Positions 10,612 through 24,472 of a stretch of 64,000 nucleotides of DNA are shown one piece after another. Made by a program: the position numbers and the translations under genes. Numbering within the stretch: the stretch's first letter is position 1; every line of letters begins with the position of its first letter. Origin of the DNA: Octopus vulgaris (lineage: Eukaryota); assembly GCA_951406725.2 (NCBI GenBank), contig OX597816.1, forward strand, positions 49,724,001-49,788,000, in the 5' to 3' direction. Below the pieces are notes generated by a model. The model saw only the letters and a program-made list of their open reading frames with translations. It was not told where the DNA came from and made no database searches.

Positions 10612-11388
10612 TACTTGGTGCTTTGCAGTCGTGGCAAGAACAATGTCTTCTCTTGTCACCCTTGGTTATCAAGCAAGAATTTGTTCTTGGTGTCTAGCGT
10701 CTCAAACGCCATGACATCGTATGAATTTCAGCCAAGCATTCAGCACTATATTTCGAATGCATCCTCATAATACAGTCCTTAATTAAAAAATGCAGATAAC
10801 TTGATCACGGATTAATAGGGTGGAAAGAAGCTTAAGTTAATTTCTTTTACGAATTCCATGGTCTTGAAAAGTCGTTAACTTCACTTGTTTGTTGTGAACT
10901 ATATTTGGTCATTGGGAACTTGCAATAATCTTGTCGCTTTGAAAAAGAATTTCATGAAAAAAGGCGATATATCTGACACTGCATATATATGGACAGTGAG
11001 GAGAAGAAACCAATATGCTATTTTATTATGATTCGTTTTCGTGCTGTTTAATTATATTTGGTTAAAGATTTTAGACACAAATATTACTGAAAATAAAACG
11101 GAAATAAAGCTGCTCGAGATATGTAAAAATTTTACCATCATGTTCTCAAGGATCTAGATAGACAACAAATAATAGCATAAGCAAGATGCTTGCAGATTTA
11201 CAATAATAAAATAGATTTGGTTACCAACATACTATAATGCATTGTACTTTTTGAGATTGATAGACCAAGTTTATCAGAAATTTCGACAAAGGATTCGCTT
11301 ACTTTTACATGGTACAAGAATGTTTGAGGCTATATCAGCTTAATAACAGCCACTAATATCCAGTTATATGATTTACTGCTTACCATGC

Positions 11389-11448
<60 letters not shown>

Positions 11449-11450
<2 letters not shown>

Positions 11451-11900
11451 TTGGCCAAATGTCACCTGGCAGTAAATCATTTTGTTTGATGCCGGCTGTT
11501 CCTGCAGAGTTAAAACTTTGTGCCCTCTAAATGGAGCTTGTAAGACCGCGGCCATCATTTATAAATCCACCGTAGTATCTACAATCACCAAGGATATAGA
11601 TTCGTCTCAACAATAAGACCTTAAGCTTCAAGCACTGGGATAAAAGGAAAACAACCAAACTATACAGTTACATATGGTTCTTAAAAAAAATGTGGGAGCT
11701 ATAAGATTCACTGGAAGATCTTGGCTAAGTGTAAGCCTTACACCAACGGCAGTGGAAAGTGCGGTCTTTGCTATATGGAAAGATGGCTCACCTGGAAAAG
11801 CACTTTAGACAACGCTACATGTCTAAATTAAAGAACTGAACTTTCTGTGTTATGTCCACATATGACAAAACATTTGCTACGTTTTAGGACCACCCAAGAT
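11449..11900 (+). pseudogene. Naiad-type PLE GIY-YIG endonuclease 3' fragment
   Basis: Hand translation across frameshifts: GCSCRVKTLCPLNGACKTAAIIYKSTV..SFKH..TKLYSYIWFLK..IHWKILAKCKPYTNGSGKCGLCYME..LN*RTELSVLCPH. Same motif order as 53383..53830; starts right after a (TA)n tract. Confidence 0.8.
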
Positions 11901-12950
11901 CACAGACAGGACCTGCTTTTTATAATATGTCCACCTTCAAGCTTTTCATGTCTTTAACATCTCTTATATATATTTTTATAGCTTTTTATATTTTTTTTCT
12001 GTATCTTATTTTTTACCCTTTATAATTGTGTGACTTATACGTGTGTAGTATATACCTGATGTGTAGTTGCGTGCATATATACATATGTACGAATGATTGT
12101 ATATATATACGAGTGCAAGACTCTACCTATTGTACTTGTCTCTTTCTTCATACATATATGTATATATGTATATTCGTTTATATATCTGAGGGTGTAGACG
12201 TGTTTGACAGACAGGCGAATGTATTTGTGTATATACATATATAACACATTTGTATATTCAACTTTGCTGTGAATGTGAATGTTTTCCGTATGTGCTTTTA
12301 TTTGTGTATACGTCTAACCGCGCATGTATGTGCATGTACATATAAACTACGTATTGTATATATGTGTGTGTGCGTGTAGAGATGTGTATATGAACGTAGT
12401 GGTGCATGCGTTTTTGCATATGTGTTTTTTTTATTTATATATACGTCTTTCTGCGTATGTATAAGCAATGGCATATAAACAAAGTATTGTATATCCGCGC
12501 ATATATGTGTGTGTGTGCGTGTAGAGATGTGTATATAAACGTAGTGGTGCGTGCATGTGTATATATGTGTGTGTATGCGTAGACATATATATGTATATAT
12601 GTGTGTTTGTATGTATATGTACATGCGTGTGAATATGTATATCGATATATATATACATGCATGTATGTGTATGCGTACGTGTATGTGTGTGTATATGTGT
12701 GCATAGGCGGATTCTATGAACGAAGTATTACTTTCCCATACCTTGGAGTATTTCCCTTTATCAACATTTTTATTTCTTTCATAGCGTTTATCTTAATATC
12801 TGATGAGATGCCGGAACAGGCTTCAGCCCCAGCATCTGTTTTATTATGACAACCAACTAATTGTCACAAATTATATTTATAGATAAATTCGTCTATTTTA
12901 TATAATATCAAGGTCTCATTCATTCTTTTGCTGTCATATTATTATTTTTC

Positions 12951-13000
<50 letters not shown>

Positions 13001-13003
<3 letters not shown>

Positions 13004-13415
13004 CGCAGGAGTGGCTGTGTGGTAAGTAGCTTGCATACCAACCACATGGTTCCGGGTTCAGTCCCACTGCGTGCCACCTTGGGCAAGTGTCTTCTACTAT
13101 AGCCTCGGGCCGACCAAAGCCTTGTGAGTGGATTTAGTAGACTGAAACTGAATGAAGCCCGTCGTATATATGTATATATATATATGTGTGTGCGTGTGTG
13201 TTTGTGCGTCTGTGTTTGTGCGTCTGTGTTTGTCCCACTAGCATTGCTTGACAACCGATGCTGGTGCGTTTTTGTCTCCCTCACGTAGGGGTTCGGCAAA
13301 AGAGACCGAGAGAATAAGTACTGGGCTTACAAAGAATAAGTCCCTGGGTCGAGTTGCTCGACTAAAGGCGGTGCTCCAGCATGGCCGCAGTCAAATGACT
13401 GAAACAAGTAAAAGA
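13001..13415 (+). mobile_element. SINE family A, full length, with internal TA/TG microsatellite
   Basis: Head AGGCGCAGGAGTGGCTGTGTGGTAAG..GGTTCAGTCCC; tail GGCGGTGCTCCAGCATGGCCGCAGTCAAATGACTGAAACAAGTAAAAG. Confidence 0.9.
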
Positions 13416-14342
13416 AAGAGAGAGAAAGAGAGTATATATATATATATATATATATATGCTAATATGTATTCATTTAAGGACTATGTGCGTACGTATGTGT
13501 GTACGTATGTTCATAGGTATGTGTGAATTGTGAATGAGTGGATAAGTGGATATTGCAAATATAAAAATTGAAAATTATAGCAGTAGTAAGAGACAAGCAA
13601 AAACGTTAAAGAAAAGGATTGGTACACGCACAAATTCACATACGTAGGCTCATGTATGCAACTGTGTGACTTCACTCATGTAATTTTCATGGTGTTTATT
13701 TATTTGGCAATATACCACATGTGAAAATGAGCGAGATAAACGAATAATCAGATATCATTGATATCACGTCAAGTAAAACATATGATGTGACTGAAATATT
13801 TTATTTTAATTCGGGTTTATATTAAAACAAGTTATTATCCATCAGTTTAAAAGCAATATTTATGTAAGTAACACAAATGCTCTCGTATTGTTTCTTTACA
13901 CCCCAAACTCTTAAAGTAGACAATGTCACAAAATTTTATAATCATTTTTCTTTCATTTCCCTTATTACACATACATTTATCAATATGATTTTGATATATT
14001 TAAAACAAATTTACAGGACGATTCAATGGTGTGTTCTCAAAAAATATTTAAAATATTGAAATTAAAGAGCAAATAACGTGATGAAGATGATAAAGGCGAC
14101 GATAATCACCGTTTTGTAGCCGATGTTGTGTCATTTATTCCTATTGTGTGATAAGAAGACGTTTGTAAGAGATGAATTTTGATAAATTCATTTGCTATGT
14201 ATATGCATAAATAGATATAGACAAATATGGAATTGATGTTAAATTAATATTCAATTTATCATCCTCATAATTTAAATTTATATATATATATATATATATA
14301 TATACTTATATATGTGTGTGTATATGTATATATGTATTTGCG

Positions 14343-14411
<69 letters not shown>

Positions 14412-15063
14412 ATATGCACAAATAGGTGTACACATACACATATAGTCATAAATACACACACACATATCTTCTTTCACTTGTTCCACTTCTCATACCGGGT
14501 GGGGGTAACCTTAAAATGTATAATTGAACAAGTCAACACCGGTAGCCATTGCTTTAAAACTGAGTACTCGCTGTGGCAGTTTGGCTTGCGTGACCACTAA
14601 GTTGGTGACATAGACAAAGGAAAACCGGTTCTCAAGTGGCGTGATGTGGATTAAACAAAAAACATATACATTAATACTTAACGATTGACATAAATTGAGT
14701 CTCTTAATCTCACAGCCGTATCTCCAAAATTATTAACATACACACACCCACACATTCGCACACACACACTTATTCTTTATTTTTGCTCGCTGTGTTAGCA
14801 ACAGTGTTGGTTGAAGCCTTCAGTGTGTCCCATGTTTTTACTCTCATATCACTTTCTTGGTGATAGCAAGTGTAGTATTTAAATTTGCGCCTAGCGGTGT
14901 GTCTTAATTTCTCCATTAGTGTAACACTAATGAAAGCACCAATCACTAAATGGAGAGTGTAACCAGATAATCCCCTGATATATCAGTGTCCATATCTAAA
15001 ATACTAGACACCGAAACAACTCAGTCTTCCATATCACCTTAGATGTCTCAGGCGATTAAGATC

Positions 15064-15430
15064 TTACTGAATTAAACAGCAGTATAGCCCTTTTACAATG
15101 GCAGATGATACGTTGGATTTTATTATGAAGTTCTGCAGTACACCAGAGAATACACGACGTGAAACGGAATTGACTTCGCCAAGCTGATTGGTAGTTGAAG
15201 ACGGTATCTTTGGAGGTAAATCAATTAACCAAGACTGTAGTAACCCCATGGATTTGCGCATGTTGCTTGAAATTTGATAAAGATGATCGAATGTTTTCTT
15301 GCATTAACAATCTCAACTCTATTAAAGGCAACCTAGCAGTAAACATCCCATGGTATCTAGTCACGACTACTACCTCTTCTCATAATAGCTTATCACAAAA
15401 ATCAAATATTTTTTCCAGTGTAGTTTTCCT
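15064..15430 (-). pseudogene. Very decayed LINE RT fragment (CR1/L2-like)
   Basis: AFNRV..GLLQSWL..SVSRRVFSGVLQ resembles the KAFD.V and SGVPQG motifs. Confidence 0.4.
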
Positions 15431-16311
15431 TGTAAAGAAGCTACACTAATTTTATAATGATTTAGCCACTATTTCTTGCAGTCAAAAGAGTCACAGAGCG
15501 GCACTGCCACTGGCGTGCGAAACCTCTGTCTAGAAATGTATTGTGCATGTACAAAAACCTGACAATTGCAATGTATCTTTCCACATTTGATAAAAACGCT
15601 ATAAATCAAATAAGTTGGTCGATATCATTAGCGTATTCATTTCTAAAATATAACGTGCTAGTGCTACTTCGGCATAAATCATCAAATGATTAATTCATTA
15701 TTATTGGCATAATTTGCAAGAGATGTGAAACCTATCGTGTGCAGTAAAAATAGTAATGTGTGAGAGATCGAGAAACTTTGTACTCTATGCACAGACACGC
15801 TACTTAAAAACGGAATATTTCTAAGGTTATCATATAGATAAACATGATTGCTTATATAATGTAACCAATCAATTATTAATAATAACCTTAATCGTTTGTA
15901 GGATTTTTCACAATTCCCTCCTTAATCGCCCTGTAATCTAATTTATTTGGCAGCCTCATTTAACCCTAATAGCATGTATGTTCATGGTTTTATTCTTCAA
16001 TTACGAAGTCTAGTCCGATATTCTCTTTTCCAAGCAAGTTGCATTTTCCTACACAGCATTTGGTATCTTTCTATATTCCGATTGTCATTCTCATGTGTTG
16101 GCTGATTTTATGAATTACACTTAACTAGCTGCTTATTGCATCTTGCATATGTATATATTCTAATCATCCAATAAAGATACGGTTACATAGCTTCTTTGTA
16201 ACATCTGTACAAAATTGTACGTTCTTTTATAACATTTGTTAATTAAGTCAGAATTAGACATAAGTGTACATGGGCAAACCTATATTTGAGCAAGTTTCTT
16301 TTTCTTCTTTT

Positions 16312-16495
16312 TTTCTTTCTACTCGTTTCAGTCATCTGACTGTGGTCATGCTGGGGCATCTCCTGGAAGAGTTTTACTTGAATAAAGTGAGTGAGGGAAA
16401 TGTTTAAAGCCTAGTATCTATTTTATCGGTCACTTTTGTCGAACCACTAATTTACAGGGAGTATAAACCCGTCGCCACCGTTGTCAAGCGCGGAT
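16312..16495 (-). mobile_element. SINE family A, 3' half (diverged)
   Basis: TACTCGTTTCAGTCATCTGACTGTGGTCATGCTGGGGCA is the reverse complement of the family A tail. Confidence 0.75.
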
Positions 16496-16554
16496 TGGTT
16501 GAGGGATATAACACACGCACACACACACACTCACATATATATATATTACTGTGT

Positions 16555-16757
16555 GTATGTCTGACCCTTCCCACAATCGCTTGACAACTGTTGCAGGTGT
16601 GTTTATGTTTCCGTAACTTAGTAGTTCAGCAAAAAAAAAACAATGATTGGATAAGTATAAGGTTTACAAAGAATAAGTCTTTGAGGTCTATTTGTTCGAC
16701 TAAAGGTGATGCTCCGGCATGGCCGCACTCAAATGACTAAAACCAGTAAAAGAATAA
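16555..16757 (+). mobile_element. SINE family A, 3' half (diverged)
   Basis: GCTTGACAAC..GACTAAAGGTGATGCTCCGGCATGGCCGCACTCAAATGACT. Confidence 0.75.
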
Positions 16758-16908
16758 ATACATATACGTGTATGTATCCCTCTCTTTCTCTCTCTCTGTA
16801 TATATATATATGTATATAAAGGGAAAGTTTACGAAAATAAACAAAAGACGAAGGCAGGTGGTGTACAAACAAACAAACGTATTAGTATAGCGCTCAGGAA
16901 TAGAAAAA

Positions 16909-16948
16909 GTCTTTTACGTTTCGAGCCTACGCTATTCTACAGAAAGAC
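16909..16948 (-). ncRNA. Minimal hammerhead-like motif with CUGUAGA core
   Basis: Minus strand reads GTCTTT-CTGTAGA-ATAGCGTAGGCTC-GAAA-CG-TA-AAAGAC: 6-bp stem I, palindromic ACGT stem III, GUA triplet. Confidence 0.6.
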
Positions 16949-19900
16949 ATACAGAAAAAAAAACAAGGAGAGAAAAAATGTGTGTAGTAGCTAACGATGT
17001 CAGCATTAGATATATGCATATCATCATCGGCATTCAGGATCCTATTGAATCATTATCAACATGCCGTTCATGATAGAATTATTGCTGCTGTTTTTGTTGT
17101 TGACGATAATAATGATGAAGGGGAAGGGGAAGAGGAAAGACATAATTAGGATAGGCACTACAGTATTAACAATCATTTATACTTCTACCATCATCGTGAA
17201 CATGTTGATCAGCATGATAAATACTATTATCAACAACTTCCTGCTCTACAACATCGTCGTCATCACCATTATCTATTCATCATCACCAATACCACAATTT
17301 CCACCAGCACCATTGTCACCGCAACCACATAACCAACACCACTGCCACCGCCATGAAAACTGTCATCATTACTATTCACATCCTTGTCTACGTCGTTGTC
17401 ATCATCATCAGTATTAATTATGAAAGCTGATAATAAAATCACAAGACCCTCTCTCAGTTGGTGTAACTTCCACGTCACGGTTCTTATGTTGACGTACAGC
17501 AGTGATGGATAATTAGGCGATTCCTCATTGTTTATCGACAAACTGCTAACTGTCAACAATATTGAGCAGTAGGTGTGAAGATAAACAAATTAGAATGTTG
17601 CAGAATGAGATAAGCAACATATATTGGCATCAACAGCCACAGTATCAGTAACTCCACCTCAAACACTCTACATTGCAACCAGCCTCACCATCTCCACTAC
17701 TGAGCGAGCGAGAGAAAAATTCCAATAGTATACATTCAGTCGCTATCACTATTATTACCATTATCATCCACCATTTCCACTGCCAAACTCACCGCCAATA
17801 CCATCTGCTCCTAAATAAGCGCTACGGAAATAGAATTTTTTTTGTTAGAAGATAAACAAGTCTATTTTTCCTCCATTTCTGCAGAAACTTACTTGTCAGC
17901 AATTTTACAGTAACCACTATCGCAAGTATATATAGCAAGTATATATATATATATATATTGTTCGTGATGTTATTTAGTATATATATATATATATATACTA
18001 AATAACATCACCAATAATTTCCCCGTAGAGAACACCACCATCCTCTCAACTTCTGCTGCCAAGTCCATTATATCTTTGCAAACAGCTTCATTGCACAGCG
18101 ATTAACAAACGAAAAAAGTAGCATAATTTTTATGTAGTTGATACTCTTAGTGTCAGTACTGATTACATATCTAGGCCGGTGCAGCCACCATTAAACACAC
18201 ATATTTTGGATCACATCCTTCAATCTGGATAGCAAAGCCTAAAATCCTATTATCAAATTGATTGGTGAATTTTGTAAGTCTATAAGAACCAGCGTATTTA
18301 TGGACCAATTTCTTAGCTTTTGTTTTCCACAGTGTCTATATTTGCCTTTCGTTGTTTTCTGAAATCTCAAATTTTCTGCTTTTCTCTATATATTTTGGTC
18401 TCTGGGCTATTGCTTCTCAAGTAAGGGCAGTAACTAAAGTCCTCAAAGTTGCTAAAAATCCAAAGAACTCATCACGTCTCTTTAGATTTAAAATTAAGTA
18501 GTCATACTAGCAATCAATTATTTGTATGGTGCGACACTTAGTGGTGGGTGTTACGTACTTCTAACGAGAAAAAATAAACTTCTAATTAGTAAATGTTAAA
18601 CAACGAATGTCCAGCAGAAGAATTATTATCTTTGTAAAAGAATATTTCTAATGGTCACACTTTAATACGCGAATCTCCATTATAGCTAACAAAGGGCTTC
18701 CGACATCAAAACGTTTCGGTTCAAAAACTTATTTAAGTGTGGTCCATCAGTTATACAGTTTCTAACTTTTACTCAAGTTGTTTGGAATATGTCATAACAA
18801 TACCCAAACAGCAAAAATAATTTTATCGATATAAACTAAAGGACGTTCATAAGAGAACTACCAATTACATCGTAATAATTAGCAGTTGTAGCTTCCAAAT
18901 GATTATATATGTATCACTTTTCGACTAGGTAACCGCGGTAGGGATTCGCTGGAATTCTTTAGCACACAATCCAAATTAGTCAGTCAAGGACGTATGTATT
19001 TGTCAATCAACAGTAACATGTGCCCAGATATGTATAAATAGAAAAGAAGTGAGATGAAACTGAATAGAAAAGTGATAAATAGTATATTATATCTTGTAAT
19101 ATTGTAGGAATAGCAATAGTATATCACACCTGACGTTGTCAGTTTCTTCTGAGTATCTTTGTAGAAAAGTGTGGACAGCGGTTGAATGACAGTTAAGTCG
19201 AAACGACATGTAGACGACTGGAGTAATAGTGAACATATATTTAGATATTCCTATGTGATATCAATAGTACATATCCGCATGAGGGATATAGTCATTGAGT
19301 ATGCAAAGGTAAGGTCGTGACGCTTCATATGTAAGACATAAGGCTGAGCTAATTCACGTGTTTCTTCTAAAGGCTATTTATTCCATGATCTCCTAGCAGC
19401 AATATTTAGTTACAGATTAAATATTTTCTTTAACACCATCGATTGCAGCTCAGGTGCTAGGTGAATAATCATTGTCTTTAATTCCAGTCCGAATCACGCA
19501 AGACTACGAAGATAAAAATCTCAACCAGTTCAAAGTAAAAGCACTGCTGGTAATCCTATCCATTTATTTTCACCGACACGGGAAATTAAATGAGGAAAAT
19601 ACAAGTTAAACTGCTATGCATACTGGAAAATTAAATATTAAGGCAAGAAAAGGCATCAAAAATAAAAATATATGAACAACGTCCATAGTGAATCCACCGT
19701 GCCCCAAAGCATTTCGTCCTTCTAAGAGTACTAAATGAATAATTGGTGAATGTGATGAATATCTGAGAACATTCGAAGAAAGAAACAGAGTAAACATGTG
19801 AAATACTTCCGCAGCTGCTACTTCATGCTCTTGCTTCTTGCGGTTGGGGTAATACCAGTCATACCAGATGCTAGAGACATAATCATGCGTAGAGTCGACC

Positions 19901-20570
19901 AATGTCAATTGAATCATCAGCATCTACAGCGGCCACATTATACCGCATGATATACGAAGACTCTTAAAGAATTTCCGGACAAAAAAAACAAAACAATAAA
20001 TGATACTGTTTTGAGAATCAACAAAAGTGACATAAAAATAAATAGGGACCCGAATAGAAAATGTGCATCATCCAGTTAGATCCGTCAGTAAAGAAATCTA
20101 TATTCATAAATCCCACAACAAAAGTAACCCCCTATGAGATATATTACTCGCCTCATATGTGATATATATTCAAGTGCAATGCGTGGGTTTAAGGGGACGA
20201 CTAAACTTTTTCGTGTGTATATGTAATTTTTTTTGTGGCTGATATAACAGTTTTCTGATGTGTAGTATATACATCCCGTTGGATATAATATTTTTCGTTT
20301 TTGCGAAGAATATAAGGATTAAATTTAAATGCGACAACAAATTGTACCAATTACATAATCAGATGGCCATATATACATACGTATGTGTGCATTTTTATGT
20401 ATGTATACTTATTACATGCATATACACATATATTTTATACAGGTACATGTACACACGAATATAATATATATATATTGGTAAAAACGGTAAGATAACAAAA
20501 GAAAGAAAGATACCTCAATATTACGTAAATATTGGGATTTATCTGTAAAATAATGTGACAATTATTTTAC

Positions 20571-20622
<52 letters not shown>

Positions 20623-20887
20623 ATGTGTGTGAGTGTGTGTGTGTATGTGTGTGTGTGTGTAAATTTACATACAGACAATATTTGTAAATATGTTTGTTAT
20701 ATGCCTCTTTGTTTTGCAGATATTCGACTGTATGTGATCAGATGAGTGTCCTGTAAATCAATCCAAAAGCTGAGAGTGATATTCTTTCATTTTCATGAAT
20801 TACGTATGAAAAAAATGCACTTTGTAATCATATAATCTAATGCACATTTGACAGTATTTAATATTATATATATATATTCATTCATAG

Positions 20888-21265
20888 AGCACTCCGTCGG
20901 TTACGACGATGAAGGTCCCAGCTGATACGATCAACGGAACAGCTTGCTCGTGGAATTAACGTGCAAGTGGCTGAGCACTCCACAGACACGTGTACACTTA
21001 ACGTAGTTCTCGAGAAGATTCAGCGTGACACAGAATGTGACAAGGCTGGCCCTTTGAAATACAGGTACAACAGAAACAGGAAGAAAGAGTGAGAGAAATT
21101 TGTGGTAAAAGAGTACAGCAGGGTTCACCAGCACCCTCTGCAGGAGCCTTGTGAAGCTTTAGGTGTTTTCGCTCAATAAACACTCACAATGCCCGGTCTG
21201 GGAATCGAAACCGCGATCCTACGACCGCAAGTCCGCTGCCCTAACCACTGGGCCATTGCGCCTCC
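20888..21265 (-). mobile_element. tRNA-headed SINE family B (tail type 1)
   Basis: Minus-strand head GGAGGCGCAATGGCCCAGTGGTTAGGGCAGCGGAC..GGTTTCGATTCCC with A- and B-box-like motifs. Confidence 0.85.
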
Positions 21266-21352
21266 ACATATTTATTCATATACACATGTATACATACAGG
21301 TACACATACATATATACAGAGACATACAGGAAGGCACATGCAGACACACACA

Positions 21353-21457
<105 letters not shown>

Positions 21458-22033
21458 GCATCTGTTTTTACAACTAGTATAATATTAGGAGGCCTCATAT
21501 AATGTGTCTTGGTTTTTTCATTTGTGCAAAAGCAGTTAGATACAGCCTATCGTGGCCCATACAAATATACACCCAGATATGCATGCGAACACACGTAGTG
21601 TGCGAACACAGGAAGTACGACTTAGATGTAGAAGTGATCCTTTAAGCATTAAGATTTGCATTATATGTTTTAATTACTGACCTGTTATAGAGTACAATAT
21701 CCGGTAACCATATTTTCTCACATGGTATGCGAACTTTTTCCAGACCATTATAATCCTCTGGTTTCCATCTTAACCGCTCATCGTTCCATTCCTGAAAATA
21801 GTAATTGCATAATGAATTTAGAAATCTGTCTCACTTTGAAATGAGTTGAACATATTAGAAATATTTCAAAATAAATGGTACTTTGAAATTGTTGATATTT
21901 GTTAGATTCACCTAAAATGAATTTCGATATTGCACTATCTTTTACGTTTTTGCTTCGTTATCTGCATTGTGATTTTTCAGAGTACAGCTAATTTTTTTGT
22001 TTCTACGTTTACTGACTGAGAATTTCTACACAC

Positions 22034-22235
22034 TTTTTACTCGTTTGAGTCATTTGACAGCGGCCATGCTGGAGCACCGCCATCGTCGAAGAAGTCGATC
22101 CCGGGTCTTATTCTTTGTAATCCGAGTACTTATTTTATCAGTCTTTTATGCCAAACCGCAAAGTTGCGGGGATTTAACACACCAGCATCGGTTGTGAAGC
22201 GATGTTGAGGAACAAACACAGACACACAAACATGT

Positions 22236-22271
<36 letters not shown>

Positions 22272-22277
22272 GTATGC

Positions 22278-22330
<53 letters not shown>

Positions 22331-22512
22331 CATATATATATACATATATACGACTGGCTTCTTTCCGTTTCCGTCTACTAAATCCACACACAAGGCTTTG
22401 GTCGGCCTGAGGCTATAGTAGAAGACACTTGCTCAAGGTGCTACGCATTGGGGACTGAACCCGGAACCATGTGGGTGGTAAGCAAGCTACTTACCACGCA
22501 GCCGCCTCTGCG
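22034..22512 (-). mobile_element. SINE family A, full length
   Basis: Reverse-complement homologue of 13001..13415, including the internal microsatellite. Confidence 0.88.
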
Positions 22513-22653
22513 ACAAGAAAAATTCAGTAAAATATCAGTATCTGCATGCATATCTACATTATACGATGCATGGAGTCACAGACGTACTTGTCAGTGATTA
22601 TTTCATTTATATAATTAATTTCTTTCAAAAATAGATATTACTATTGATTTCGA

Positions 22654-22800
22654 ATTTTGGCACAGAGTCTGCAATTTCGGTGGGGTGTGAATAAGTCGAT
22701 ATATTCCAGTACTTTACTTTTTCGACCCCGAAAGGATGAATGGAAGTGTCGACATCAGCGGAATTTCAACTCAGAAGGTAAAGAAAGAAATGCCACTAAA
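22654..22800 (-). mobile_element. SINE family C (Nin-domain-like), diverged
   Basis: TCGACCCCGAAAGGATGAA..GTCGAC..GCGGAATTTCAACTCAGAA matches the units at 35.2-36.0 kb. Confidence 0.7.
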
Positions 22801-24282
22801 ACCTTTCCCGACATGCAATTGGTTCTATCATATAACGTACTTTAGTACGATATTGATATTCAAACATCCTGTTTCTTTTTATTGAAATCATCGATTTTAA
22901 ATAAAAGCAACTATTAGTTTCCATTTTATCTCTCGTGAAAATTTTACATTACATATTAGAGATGTAGATATTACTAGATATATTCCGGTCATGAAATAAA
23001 ATTCACGTAAATTCATTCCCAATCATGTGCTCTAAATTGAAAAATAAAGAATGCCAGTTCGATATAAAATCGTTGGAATTTTACTCATTAAAGAAAAAGC
23101 GTTGGAGGAAATTAATTACTTGCAAAGATAAATTGTATTCAGAACGTAATTTGCTTTAGAAATCATAGTTTCAGGTATGATAAGAACGTGTATATAATGT
23201 ATGAAACGGTATAACACAGACACACACATTACTGGTAGCAACAAATATTCCAATAAGACCTAACTTTTTACACTTCGCGTTATTTAAAATAATTAGCATA
23301 AAAATATCTAAATAAAGCAAAACCCTCTCGATCTCAGGGACTGAGATTGCGATATAATTATGTTTGGTTGAACAGATATTCTACACGAATAAATTATGTA
23401 GGCATTCCAGATTACCCTATGTGATATATTGTTTGATCTAGGGAATGATGTGAAACTATGCAGTATATATAATGCTAAATACTACATAACTTATGCAACC
23501 CTCTCAACTATATTTTACTCAGATAGCTATGTAATAATATAATTTCATACATGTAGAGAGTTGAATCCTGAATAATGGAATCGTTATCAAACAGTATACA
23601 TAGTACGTGGAAAAATATTTCCATAAACATATCATACGAAACTGTTCATGTATTTTGAATTGTAGTAATATCTTTTTTTCAGGAATGCAATGATTTTATT
23701 AATGTAACTTTCTAAATCATTAAATTTTAATTTTGTATGTTAGTCAGTCAATTTTTTAAATTCAAAATAGCAAATATTTTATTTAAATGAAATTGTAAGA
23801 ATTTTTTTTAGTAACTCATGATTTTTTTTTCAGGTACTTCATGTAAAATATTTTAAAATGTAATTCAAATTCAGAAGAAAATAAAGCAATACAGTCATGC
23901 ATAGAATAAAATATAACGTTAAACATTTTTTTTATTTCGATTTTCTTGATCTTTGAAATTAATAATTTTATCATTTATATAATAGCACATCAACTTAAAA
24001 TTAAGATCTGCATCTTTACTGAAAACTGTTATGGACGATAACATTTATGAAATACATTTACTGAATAAAAAAACGTATCTCCCTCATATTTCAAACTGTA
24101 ATTATACTATAGCATTTTGATAGGATTATTTTGTAAATGAATAATGAAGGCAGAAAATATTTTGATAAATATTATAAATATTCAATATCTGATCTGCATG
24201 TCAGTCTTGCGTTATTAAGACGATATTACATAGATAATATCTGCAAAGTTACTGTGTTGCAATATTGTAATAATTATTTCTA

Positions 24283-24472
24283 CAACAGGCAATTTCGGAG
24301 AGGTGGGGACGGGGTAACTTCTTTACAGCAACCCCAGTTGTTGTCTGGGACTTATCTTATCAAACTCAAAAGGTGAAGTCGACTCCTGTATGATTGGCAC
24401 TCGGATCATAAATCTCGGAGAATCACCGTTAGCATTGTGTCCAACGCGGTAACGATTCGCCCAGCTCTTCGC
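24283..24472 (-). mobile_element. SINE family C, highly diverged
   Basis: AAGTCGACTC..AACGATTCGCCCAGCTCTTCGCC resembles the family C head and core. Confidence 0.55.

Noticed and set aside
17061-17855. Hydrophobic and His-rich ORFs
   Set aside because: Decayed ATC/ACC/AAT trinucleotide low-complexity sequence with no recognisable domain.
19606-19923. 105 aa minus-strand ORF
   Set aside because: Only DYVSSIW hints at an old LINE remnant; too degenerate to call.
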